Below are positions 9,003 to 18,558 of a DNA stretch of 64,000 nt, piece by piece (the first letter of the stretch is position 1; each line of letters starts with the position of its first letter). The DNA is from Gammaproteobacteria bacterium. Lineage in GTDB: Bacteria; Pseudomonadota; Gammaproteobacteria; Ga0077536. Position numbers and translations under genes: made by a program. The stretch lies in assembly GCA_963662545.2 (NCBI GenBank), contig CAXXLL010000002.1, forward strand, positions 2,048,001 to 2,112,000. The letters are read 5' to 3'. A model generated the notes under the pieces. The model saw nothing but the letters and a program-made list of their open reading frames with translations, made no database searches and was not told where the DNA came from.

Positions 9003-11170
9003 TCAACGATAGTGCAGAATCTTGTACTCATCGATCCGCATTTCTCTGGCCGGCGGCACGACCACCGTGGTCATCGGATCACGGATGATCACAGGACCCT
9101 CGACGATGTTGCCGGGCGCGAGTTCACTCATTTCATAGACGTCGAATTCGATCCAGGCGTCTTTATGGTAGACCTCGCGCCGACCCACGAAAGCTGTTTT
9201 CGACGGCGTCTCATCACGGAGTTCGTACCGCCGTAACTGCGGTTGCGGCTTCGGCGCGATAGCCTCCAAGTTGACCTCTGTTAATGAGTAGCCCGCTTCG
9301 GTGAATTTGGAGCCTTCCGGATAAATATTCGAATACATGGTCTCGAACGCGTCGATCATCCGCCCGATGTCCTCCGAGCTTTCCATGCGTCCGGAATCCA
9401 GCGCCGTATCGAAGCTTTCGATCTGCCCTATGTAGCGGGCAGAGATACCATAGCGGAACGTAATGCGATCGGGATCCACGCCTTCGGCGGCCATTTCCGC
9501 GCGCGCCTCGCGTTCGAGTTCACGCCAGGCCGAGTGGATTTCGCCGGCGGTCGCATCGAGGTCCTCGGTCGTGGCGCCGGGTGGGATCAGAACACGCAGA
9601 CCGCGATCGTAGCGGTGCATGTATTCGGCACACGCGGCGCCGAAGGCAGAAAATCCCGCAGCCCAGGGCAGGGTGATGATGTCCTTGAACTCAATGCCTT
9701 CTGCAAAACCGTGCATGTGCACCGGTCCCGCGCCGCCGTAATACAGCATCGTAAAGTCGTGTGTATCGTAGCCCTTGGACGCGATCATGGTGCGTAGCAG
9801 GTCGTTCATCTCGGCGTTGATGATATCCAATACGCCAGCGCCCGCCGTGTAGACGTCCAGCCCCAGTGGTTCGGCGACCGTTTGTTCAAGGGCCTTGAGC
9901 GCGGCGTCGCGATCGAGCTTGACCTGCCCGCCAAGAAAGTAATCGGGATCGACGTAGCCGAGTGCCACGTTGATGTCGGTCACGGTCAGGCGATCGTGTT
10001 TGAAACAGATACCAACCGCGGCGCCGGCGCTGTCGGGGCCGACATGCAGACGTTTGTATTCGTCGACCCGGACGACCGAGCCGGCGCCGTTGCCGGCCGA
10101 ATCGAGTTCCACCATGGGCAGCGCGAGGCGATGCCCCGCAATGTCCGCGCTCTTGGTGATGCCGATACGGCCGTCGATCAACAAGCCCACGTCGAAACTG
10201 GTACCGCCCATGTCCGCCGTCACGATATTGGCGATGCCCATTTGTTTGGCCACGAACTGAGCGCCGATAAGCCCGCCGATCGGGCCCGAGATCAACGTTT
10301 CGTAAAGCCTCGGATAATCCATGTTGACCGCTCCTCCGTAGGACAGAAGCGTCAGCAAGCGACCGTCAAAGCCGAGTTTCTTCGCCTGATTCTCGACGTC
10401 GAGCAGCGATTCGCGTACTTGCTCGGCGGCAAAGCACTGGAACAGCAGGCTCTTCATACGGTTATTCTCTTTGGATACGGGTGCGACATCTGCCGAGCAC
10501 ACGACGGGCAGCTTAAGGCCGCGCTCGGCTACGATTTTCTCGACCAGCGCTTTCGCCTGGTGCTCGTGCACGGGATCGACGAAAGAGAAGAGGAAGAGAA
10601 TTCCGATGACCTCGCAGCCATTGTCGAGCAGCTTGTGGGCGCCCTCGCGCACCTGGCCTTCATGGACCGGGATGAGGGTATGGCCGGGCGGCAGGTGAAT
10701 GTCTCCCTGGTAGCAGCCGCCGCCTAGACGTTCACTGACGCTGACCACGTTCCCGCGCTCGACCAAGGGCCGCGTATGGCGGTGTAGTTGCTGGTGAAGC
10801 GCTTCGGCCTGGCTCTGGCCGAGGTAGGTCAGACCGCCTTCCATCACGGTGATGTCCTCAAATCCGCGGGTGACCATCAGGCCGACCTTGCGGCCCTCGC
10901 CGGTCAGTAGCGTATTGAGCATCCCCGTGCCGCAGTAGATGTCGGCCACGCACTGGCGGTGCACGTCGCTCGATTCGACCCCGATGGAGTGCGCCGCGTC
11001 GTCGACGGCGTCACGATAGCTGCGGGCCTGGTCATCGCGGCGGCTGATCGATTTGCCGATGGTGAACGTGCCGTCCGGTTTGACCAGGATGGCGTCGGTC
11101 ATGGTTCCGCCGGCGTCGAGCGCGAGAATGAACTGCGCTCTCCACCCGCGGAGGCGGCGGTCGTACTCAT
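9003..11170 (-). CDS. Hydantoinase A/oxoprolinase family protein, acetone carboxylase beta subunit-like (apparent 5' frameshift)
   Basis: ILALDAGGTMTD, ISGPIGG, DMGGTSFD, GPDSAGA, YGGAGP motifs; the RBS-led ATG at 11170 is out of frame with the main ORF (9003..11102). Confidence 0.85.
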
Positions 11171-11219
11171 GGTTTGTTCCCCGTGCTTACAGGCGGGCGT
11201 GAATCGCGTCTAGCAGAAA

Positions 11220-11783
11220 TTAAGCCCAGCCCGACGTGACTTTGCTCGACCGATCCTCGTACCAATCGTCAGCTTCGTCTGCTAGCGGCCTACCCAGGTA
11301 ATCGCGGTAAAACTTGTCGAGATCGGGCAACATTTCAAAGACGATAGGATAACCCGGCGCGACGACCTCGACAGCGTGCTGCGTCGCGCAGGATGGGCAG
11401 AAGAATTCGCGGACTTCCTGCCAGCCCGGCTCGGGCACGGCGGGCGCAGGAGCGAAAACCTGAGACATTTCGGCCGAGGTCTTGCGCGTGCGGATCCTGC
11501 ATCTGAGCTTCCAATTCTCACGGTAATCGCCGAAATCGTTGCCGCATTCACATTGGACGACACGATCGCCGTTGGCGTTCAACACCACGTATAGCTTGTC
11601 GCCCAATCGCAGCAGGATTTTGTCTTGCCAGGGAACGCGCTCCTGTAAGACCTCGATATAGTTGAAAAAACGATCCTTGTCCTTACGGGGCAACTTGAGC
11701 AGGCGTTCAGCGTTGTCGTCGTCAATGGTGCCGTCGACGAGTTGACGGATCAGGTCCTTACTGACCGCGGGGACATCCGTCAT
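11220..11783 (-). CDS. Acetone carboxylase gamma subunit-like protein
   Basis: KDKDRF, CECG..FGDYRENWK, REFFCPSC, VEVVAPGYP, PDLD.FY; four Zn-binding Cys. Confidence 0.88.
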   Translation of the reverse strand: MTDVPAVSKDLIRQLVDGTIDDDNAERLLKLPRKDKDRFFNYIEVLQERVPWQDKILLRLGDKLYVVLNANGDRVVQCECGNDFGDYRENWKLRCRIRTRKTSAEMSQVFAPAPAVPEPGWQEVREFFCPSCATQHAVEVVAPGYPIVFEMLPDLDKFYRDYLGRPLADEADDWYEDRSSKVTSGWA

Positions 11784-11786
11784 CGC

Positions 11787-14027
11787 TCAATCCTCCCCGA
11801 AATTGAAGTCGACAGGCATTTGCCAGAATCCCATAAATTCGTTTTTGAATTTGTCGAAACTCAAGCTCTGCTGGTACATTTCGGACACCTCAGGCAGGAA
11901 GGATTTTGCTTCAACCTGCTTGCGTTCGGACCGCCACCACTGCTCGACGTCGATCGACTCATCGAGGCGGGCCTGGCGCAGATCGGCGCGCTTGCGTTCG
12001 GTCGCCGCAGCACCCAAGGTCCAGCCACCGTCTGCGGCCTGCACGGCGACGACGCCATGCATCTCGGATACGAATTCGTAATCGGGACAGACACCGGTGT
12101 TGAGGTCGTCGATCACCAGGGCCGGATCGCGGTCCAGGGGATCACCCCACCCACCGCCGGTGCCCGCCGCATCGACGAAGAGGTCGTTGTTGTTGAGCGC
12201 AAGCTCGGGGCAGTCCGTCTTCCAGATCTCGAGGTTCTCGACAACCAAGCGCTTCTCCTCGATCATCTCGAGCAGTTCATTCGCATCGCGCGGGGTCTCG
12301 CCGTCTTCGATGAGTTCGTCCAGATTCGTGCCGCGCGCGGAGATCATGAAACTGGCGGGACCGGGATAGGCGCCGCTCATGCCGAGCCCGACGGAAGGCG
12401 TGCATGACAAGCCGCCGTTGGGACGGGTCAAGGCCAGGTGCTTACCGGGCTCGACACACCAGTGCACGGCAGAGTTGCCGGGTCCGCCGCGATACTTGCC
12501 GTAACCGAAGTACCCCGGTAGGAGTTTCCGTCCGAGATAGAACAAGGGCGGTACCGTGCTCTCGAATTCCTCGGCGTCGCCGATGGTCGCGATCTGTGAC
12601 CAGGCCGCCCAAACTAGGGGTTCACCGTCTTTATAGCACCACGCGCCGCGGCCGGTCCCGCCCAGCCACTCGAAGTTGGTAAAACCGTAATTCGTGCCGT
12701 CCGCGGTCGTTCCCTGGCCCTGAAACGCGCCCCAATTGCCGTCGATGGTGAAGGCTTCTTCGAGGTAGCCGCGCGAGAACATCGCCCGGCTGACCGAGCC
12801 GAAGCCGATGCTGTTCAAAGCGACGGTTTGCGCCCAGAGATTGGCGTTGCTCGTAAATTCGTTGTCCGGATTGTAGATGCTGCCCTTGGGGTAATGGCGC
12901 TGAATGGCAAGGTCGATGCCGGCCGTGACCTTGGTGTTGTGGGCGAAGGAATTGATCATGCCGAGGAACACCGCGCAGTCAGTGCCGCCCGGCGTCGCGT
13001 TATAGGAGTGATAGCCCCATTTGGAGCTCCCTTCGGTGTCCAGCAACAATCCGTTCTCGTTAGGCTCGACGCTGCCGCGCACGTGGATCAAGGTGTTCTT
13101 GTCGGCATGCGACCAGACGTGCTGCAGGCCCTTGTACTTGACCAGGCGGAAGGCGCAGCCGTTATAGGTACCGGGCACCATGGTGGAACGGATATTGTCG
13201 ACCACCATGCGGCGGCTTTCCTCGATGACTTCGCGGATCGCGCGCTTGTAATAATCAATGCCGAACTCTTCGATGAGCTTGTGCGCGGCTTCGTGAATCA
13301 TGGCGCAGCCGGCCAGGCGCATCTTGTCGTCCAGGATGTTCATCGTCGCGGCCCGCGTCCGTCGCTCCCAAATCGCCTTCCACCACGACTCCTGCTTGAG
13401 CTTGCGTCCGGTGCGCATGGGCGGGCAGACCAGCCCGTCCATGAAGGTGTCGACCGAAAACGTCGCCCAGCTACCGGCCACGGGCGCGCCGTTCTCCATC
13501 AGGTGATTGATGCCGATGGCCCAGGCGACGACTTCGCCGTCGATGCACACGGGCACGAATGAGTAGAAATCCCCCGGATGAGGAACGCCGCCGGTCAGAC
13601 CGTCGCTAACTGCGTACACGTCGCCGTCGTCGATGCCGTCGTTGACGTCATAGTCGTTATTCGCCATGTAGCGAATGGCGACTGGGAAGATCACGGTATG
13701 CGAAAGAAAGCCGAGCGATACGGCCAGGGTGTCGCCTTCGGGTGTGGCAATGCCCCACAGGCATTCGCCCATTTCCCGCGACCCCGGGCTCGCGGCCACG
13801 TAACGAGCGCTCTCGCGCGCGGCCAGCACCGCGGCGTGCAGCTTGGCATAGAAGCGCTCGTATCGAATGGGATCGGAATCGCGCAGGGTCAGCTCTTCCA
13901 CGCCGCAGTAGTGCCCAGTCTCCTGCGTGAGCCGGTCGCGCTCGGCGATCATTTCCTTCAGGGTCGGATGCTGCCTAACGGGGCTGGGGACATCTAGCCT
14001 TTCACGTTCGCTCAAAGCTTCAGCCAT
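11787..14027 (-). CDS. Hydantoinase B/oxoprolinase family protein, acetone carboxylase alpha subunit-like
   Basis: LRDSDPIRYE, AASP, HPGD and NH metal-ligand motifs, GKYRGGPG, GGGWGDPLDRDP; AGGAGAA RBS before ATG 14027. Confidence 0.88.
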   Translation of the reverse strand: MAEALSERERLDVPSPVRQHPTLKEMIAERDRLTQETGHYCGVEELTLRDSDPIRYERFYAKLHAAVLAARESARYVAASPGSREMGECLWGIATPEGDTLAVSLGFLSHTVIFPVAIRYMANNDYDVNDGIDDGDVYAVSDGLTGGVPHPGDFYSFVPVCIDGEVVAWAIGINHLMENGAPVAGSWATFSVDTFMDGLVCPPMRTGRKLKQESWWKAIWERRTRAATMNILDDKMRLAGCAMIHEAAHKLIEEFGIDYYKRAIREVIEESRRMVVDNIRSTMVPGTYNGCAFRLVKYKGLQHVWSHADKNTLIHVRGSVEPNENGLLLDTEGSSKWGYHSYNATPGGTDCAVFLGMINSFAHNTKVTAGIDLAIQRHYPKGSIYNPDNEFTSNANLWAQTVALNSIGFGSVSRAMFSRGYLEEAFTIDGNWGAFQGQGTTADGTNYGFTNFEWLGGTGRGAWCYKDGEPLVWAAWSQIATIGDAEEFESTVPPLFYLGRKLLPGYFGYGKYRGGPGNSAVHWCVEPGKHLALTRPNGGLSCTPSVGLGMSGAYPGPASFMISARGTNLDELIEDGETPRDANELLEMIEEKRLVVENLEIWKTDCPELALNNNDLFVDAAGTGGGWGDPLDRDPALVIDDLNTGVCPDYEFVSEMHGVVAVQAADGGWTLGAAATERKRADLRQARLDESIDVEQWWRSERKQVEAKSFLPEVSEMYQQSLSFDKFKNEFMGFWQMPVDFNFGED

Positions 14028-14190
14028 GGGGACTTCTCCTGGGTGCTCAGATGGCGGTGCGCGATGTGAAAAGTTGTCGATTCTTGCACAACGACGAGTA
14101 TAGCGCGACGCAGCCTGGTTGCCGCTGCCAGGCGCCATTCATACAATCCATTGGCTTTCGCGGCCACCCGGACCCGCAGGGAACGCATCG

Positions 14191-15213
14191 ATGAAAATTG
14201 CCTTCATGCCCGATACCCATTTCGGCGAATATGACCAAGCGGTTCCGCCGACGCCGGCCGCAGTGGCCGATGCCATGGAACATTGCATCGCCGAGGCCGA
14301 GTTGGCCGAAACCGTCGGTTTCGACGGCCTATGGGTGCCCGAGCGGCATCAACGCCCGGAGACATGGTGGCCCAACACGGTGACCTTGCTTGCCGCGCTC
14401 GCCGCGCGCACGACGAAGGTGACGCTTGCCTGTACGGTCATCCAACCGACCTTTCACCACCCGATCCACCTCGCCGAGGCGCTGGCGGCGGTCGATAACT
14501 TGAGCCGTGGGCGCTTGGTGTTCGGCGCAGGCGTCGGTTACCACCCCGATTACTTCCGCTGCTTCGGCGTGCCCTTCGAGCAACGCGGCAAGCGCTTCGA
14601 AGAGACCATGGACTGCATCGTCGGCGCCTGGACCGAAGAAGAATTCGACTATGAGGGCGAGTTCTTTCGCTACGAAGGCGTCAGAATGATGCCCAAACCG
14701 TATCAGAATCCGCGGCCGCCCATCTGGATCGGCGCCTTCGCGCCAAAGCCGATGGAGCGGGCCTTGAACTATGAGGGCTGGTGTCTGTGGTTTCCGCCCC
14801 ATGTCGACGAACTGGCCGTAGCAGTAAAGGGCATGCGCGAAAAAGCCGCGGCCCGCGGCAAGCAAGACTTCCAGATCACCCTCGGCTTCGAAGGCTGGCT
14901 CAGCGACGAGGCCGACGTTCGCGAGAAGCATGGTCACCGCTGGGTGCGCGAATTGAGCTTTTATGCCGAGAAGGGCTTGTCACCCGACACCGAGGCCAAG
15001 GACCTGCTGGAACCCTTGGAAAACACGTTTCTGTGCCTGGGCAATAAGCAGAAATGGGTCGACCGCATGGGCGAGATGAAAGACAAGGTCAATCCCGACT
15101 GGTTGTGTATCCGCACCCGCAACCCGGTCAATCCAGGTAAATACTATCCGCCCCGGACCGAGTGCCTGGAGGTGATAGAGCGGTTCGGGGAGATTTTGGG
15201 AGAGATTCGGTGA
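14191..15213 (+). CDS. LLM-class flavin-dependent oxidoreductase
   Basis: GFDGLWVPERH, HPIHLAE..AAVDNLSRGR, PKPYQNPRPPIWIG. Confidence 0.88.
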   Translation: MKIAFMPDTHFGEYDQAVPPTPAAVADAMEHCIAEAELAETVGFDGLWVPERHQRPETWWPNTVTLLAALAARTTKVTLACTVIQPTFHHPIHLAEALAAVDNLSRGRLVFGAGVGYHPDYFRCFGVPFEQRGKRFEETMDCIVGAWTEEEFDYEGEFFRYEGVRMMPKPYQNPRPPIWIGAFAPKPMERALNYEGWCLWFPPHVDELAVAVKGMREKAAARGKQDFQITLGFEGWLSDEADVREKHGHRWVRELSFYAEKGLSPDTEAKDLLEPLENTFLCLGNKQKWVDRMGEMKDKVNPDWLCIRTRNPVNPGKYYPPRTECLEVIERFGEILGEIR

Positions 15214-15253
15214 CTTTGTACGCCTTTTTGTTCCTGACGCCGCGTTTGTCTAA

Positions 15254-15378
15254 GGGGACAGAAAGGAATTCTGTCCCCGGTGGCTTCGGTTCGGCACCGT
15301 GGCATCGACTATACGGCGTACGGTCAGCGGCAGGCGCATCGATCATTCGGCGTGGGGAGAGAATTCCTTTCTGTCCCC
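15254..15378. repeat. Inverted pair of 25-bp palindromic REP-like units
   Basis: GGGGACAGAAAGGAATTCTGTCCCC (15254-15278) and its reverse complement with one mismatch (15354-15378). Confidence 0.75.
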
Positions 15379-15411
15379 GTTCTTGGCACGACGTTTAGGG
15401 GGAGCACATTA

Positions 15412-16452
15412 ATGAAGCTAGGACTAGTTTTCGGATACTCAGGCGCCCAGATAAAACTGCCCATGGATTTGATCCTCGAAGCAGAATCACTCGGCTTCGA
15501 TTCCGTGTGGAGCGCGGAAGCCTGGGGCTCTGATGCGGTGACGCCGGTTGCCTGGGTACTGGCCCAAACCACGAAGATCAAAGCTGGCACCGCCATCATG
15601 CAGATGGCTGCGCGCACCCCGGCGATGACTGCGATGACGGCCATGACCCTGGATCAATTGTCCGGTGGGCGCTTTCTCTTGGGCATCGGTCCATCCGGGC
15701 CACAGGTGATCGAAGGTTGGTACGGCCAGCCTTACGGCAAACCGCTGAAACGGACACGCGAGTACATTTCGATCATCCGCGCCATCCTGGCGCGCGAAAA
15801 ACCCCTGGTCCACGACGGCGAGCATTATCAGATTCCGTACACGGGCGCGGGCGCTATGGGCCTCGGCAAGCCGTTAAAAAGTATTCTGCACGGCAACCCG
15901 GATCTCCCGATCTATACCGGCGCCGTAACAGAAAATGGTGTGAAGTGCGCCGCCGAGGTGGCTGACGGCTGCTTTATGGTGTGGATGAATCCCGAGCGCT
16001 TCGAACTGTTCAAACCCGCGCTCGACGCCGGTTTCGCCAAGGCCGGCAACGGCAAAAACATGTCGAGCTTCGAATTCGCGCCCTTCGTGCGCATGCGCAT
16101 GGGACCGGATATCGACCAGTGCCGCCTGGCGATCAAAAACGAACTGGCGCTCTACGTCGGCGGTATGGGTGCGCGGGAGAAGAATTTCTACAACGATTAC
16201 ACCAAGCGGCTGGGTTACGAGGAAGCCGCGGTGAAGATTCAGGATCTCTATCTTTCGGGCAGGAGAGAGGAAGCCGCCGCCGCGGTCCCGGACCAATACG
16301 TCGACGATTGTTCCCTGGTCGGGCCGCCAGAACATATCAAAGAGCAACTCACGCGCTGGCAGGAGGCGGGACGGCGCGGGGAGGTCACCACCATGGTCAT
16401 CGCCGCAAAGCAGGTGGAAGAACTCAGACTGCTGGCGGAGACTCTGTTATAG
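15412..16452 (+). CDS. LLM-class F420-dependent oxidoreductase (Rv3520c-like)
   Basis: AEAWGSDA, ARTPAMTAMTAMTLDQLSGGR, GPQVIEGWYG, ALYVGGMGAREKNFYN. Confidence 0.9.
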   Translation: MKLGLVFGYSGAQIKLPMDLILEAESLGFDSVWSAEAWGSDAVTPVAWVLAQTTKIKAGTAIMQMAARTPAMTAMTAMTLDQLSGGRFLLGIGPSGPQVIEGWYGQPYGKPLKRTREYISIIRAILAREKPLVHDGEHYQIPYTGAGAMGLGKPLKSILHGNPDLPIYTGAVTENGVKCAAEVADGCFMVWMNPERFELFKPALDAGFAKAGNGKNMSSFEFAPFVRMRMGPDIDQCRLAIKNELALYVGGMGAREKNFYNDYTKRLGYEEAAVKIQDLYLSGRREEAAAAVPDQYVDDCSLVGPPEHIKEQLTRWQEAGRRGEVTTMVIAAKQVEELRLLAETLL

Positions 16453-16508
16453 AATTGCATCAGCGCGGCGATACGCGTTGTGAAAACACTTCAACGGGGA
16501 GAAACATC

Positions 16509-17369
16509 ATGCAATGGAAAGTGGGCGATACCACGATTACCAAACTCGAAGAAATCGTATATCCCGAGTTTCCCGACGTCATCCCGGCCGCAACGCCGGA
16601 CGTGGTCAAGAAAGTAGAGTGGCTGTTCCCACATTTCGTGACCGACGAAGGTATGCTTACGCTCAGCGTACACTCGATTATCGTCGACACGGGCGAGGCC
16701 AAGATCGTGGTCGACACCTGCATCGGCAATGGGCGCGATCGCGATCCGTTCGAGGTGATGCACATGCTTTCGACCTCGTACATGGAAGATATGAAAGGCG
16801 CGGGATACGAACCGGAAGCGATCGACTACGTGCTATGCACGCACCTGCACCTCGACCACGTCGGCTGGAACACGCACGAGGTCGACGGCAAATTCGTGCC
16901 GACCTTTCCCAATGCGACCTACCTCATGACCAAGGGTGACATGGAATTTTGGGGTGAGCAGGAGATCGACGACGATTTCATGAGACTGCAACGTCGGGTA
17001 TGGGACGATTCGGTGCAGCCGGTCTTGGACGCCGGACTCTCGAAATCGATCGAAGGGCCGGCTGAGGTCTGCGCAGGCGTGCGCCTCATTCCGACGCCCG
17101 GACACACCCCTGGGCATTGCTCGGTAATTATCGAATCCAAGGGCGAGACCGCAATGATCACGGGTGATTTCATTCACCACCCGATCCAGTTCAACGACCC
17201 GGGCCTGGTCAGCCCCTTCGACGTCGACAACGATACCGCGGTCGCCACCCGTCGCCGCATTTTCGGCGAGTACGCGGACTCACCGACACTCATCATCGGC
17301 ACCCATTTCGCCGGGCCGACAGCCGGTAAGCTCGTGCGCGACGGGGATACCTATCGCCTCGACGTATAG
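16509..17369 (+). CDS. MBL-fold metallo-hydrolase (lactonase/YtnP-like)
   Basis: THLHLDHVGWN, PTPGHTPGH, TGDFIHHP, GTHF; GGGGAGA RBS. Confidence 0.9.
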   Translation: MQWKVGDTTITKLEEIVYPEFPDVIPAATPDVVKKVEWLFPHFVTDEGMLTLSVHSIIVDTGEAKIVVDTCIGNGRDRDPFEVMHMLSTSYMEDMKGAGYEPEAIDYVLCTHLHLDHVGWNTHEVDGKFVPTFPNATYLMTKGDMEFWGEQEIDDDFMRLQRRVWDDSVQPVLDAGLSKSIEGPAEVCAGVRLIPTPGHTPGHCSVIIESKGETAMITGDFIHHPIQFNDPGLVSPFDVDNDTAVATRRRIFGEYADSPTLIIGTHFAGPTAGKLVRDGDTYRLDV

Positions 17370-17389
17370 GCGATCGTGTGCAGCACAAC

Positions 17390-17432
17390 GGGCTCCTACG
17401 CATTCCTTGCATAGGAGCCCGCTTGCGGGCGA
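17390..17432. repeat. GTAG-family REP elements between convergent genes
   Basis: GGGCTCCTAC (reverse complement GTAGGAGCCC) and ATAGGAGCCCGCTTGCGGGCGA, a REP-type stem-loop. Confidence 0.55.
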
Positions 17433-17452
17433 ACCGGCCTGCGCGCCACGGT

Positions 17453-18508
17453 TCAGAATACGAACGACACCCCGCCAATCAGCCTGAAATCGACATCGGT
17501 CTGCACACCCTTGGGCGCATCTACGATCGGATAGCCGATCGAGAGGAAAGCGCCGACCTGCCTGTACGAAACCCTCAATCCAGGTGACAAGTAGACCACC
17601 GTACCGCCCGAATGAGCTTCCGAGGCGCCGCCGATCTCGTTCTTCCAGCGCGTTTCGCCGTTGATCTCGAGCATCGCATCCCAGCGCAGATGGGGATGGG
17701 CGCCGATGTGCTCACCGTGGTGCGGGTGCCCGTTCTCCGATAGCGCATAAACCACGGCGGCGTTATAGAACAGCGCGTCGCCGAATTCCGTGTCCTGCGA
17801 ACCTTCGTTCGTGAGATGGAACAACAGGTTGGCATGCAGACCCCAGCGCCCCAGTGCGCGGCTGAGCGCGCCACCGATCAGGAAATCCCAGGAACCGGTA
17901 CCCGGCTGAAACTCGGTTTCAAGCCGCTCGCCGCGATCGGATTCGTGTGTTTCGCCGGAAGGTGCTTTGAATCCCATCTGCACGGACGCATCGAACCCGT
18001 TCGCGTGCAGCGCCCGGTAACTGCCGAGGAAAACGAGATCGCCAAGGCCTGAAGCGTCACCGTGACCGTGCGCCTCGCCCACGCCGCCTTCGAGTTCACT
18101 TTCGCGGATATTGTCTCGTGCCACGCGGGGCACACGCACGCTCAGCGTAATCTTATCGGTAGCGCCATAGGCGAGGGCGGCTGACGTGCTGTTGATCTGG
18201 TCGATGGTGTGGACGCCTTCCAGCCCCTGTGCGGCCAGGCCCGCGAGCCGAGCGCCAGAAAATGCATCGCGATCGATGATCTCGTTGCGCAGGCCAAGCG
18301 CCCATTTGCCCGCCGGCATCGCCGCCGCCGCGAGGGTATTGATGGGGCCGCTCGCCTCCGAGCCGAAGACAACGGTCGGGTGATCGGCGTTAACGGGGGA
18401 CGACAGCAGCAGAAATGCGTAAAAGAACGCGCAGCGATGTTGATCAATTATGGATGCCGTGCATCGGTTCCCGAGCATCGCGCGCATGCTACCGGCATCT
18501 CGATCCAC
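17453..18508 (-). CDS. Outer-membrane beta-barrel transporter (Phenol_MetA_deg-like), His-rich loops
   Basis: Signal-like N-terminus, GLGDL, FQPGTGSWD, VYLSPGLRV, C-terminal aromatic F; start uncertain. Confidence 0.7.
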   Translation of the reverse strand: MDRDAGSMRAMLGNRCTASIIDQHRCAFFYAFLLLSSPVNADHPTVVFGSEASGPINTLAAAAMPAGKWALGLRNEIIDRDAFSGARLAGLAAQGLEGVHTIDQINSTSAALAYGATDKITLSVRVPRVARDNIRESELEGGVGEAHGHGDASGLGDLVFLGSYRALHANGFDASVQMGFKAPSGETHESDRGERLETEFQPGTGSWDFLIGGALSRALGRWGLHANLLFHLTNEGSQDTEFGDALFYNAAVVYALSENGHPHHGEHIGAHPHLRWDAMLEINGETRWKNEIGGASEAHSGGTVVYLSPGLRVSYRQVGAFLSIGYPIVDAPKGVQTDVDFRLIGGVSFVF

Positions 18509-18558
18509 AGACCAGCGTCACCGAATTGAATCGATCGGCGCGGCTCCTTCGTCCCGGT

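Noticed and set aside
14028-14190. Sigma54 promoter for the carboxylase operon
   Set aside because: Only a weak GG-N10-GC match, without the TGGCAC/TTGC consensus
15981-16508. Apparent N-terminal extensions of the MBL hydrolase (462 aa) and thiolase (515 aa from 23244)
   Set aside because: The extensions overlap upstream genes in another frame; RBS-supported starts are at 16509 and 23589
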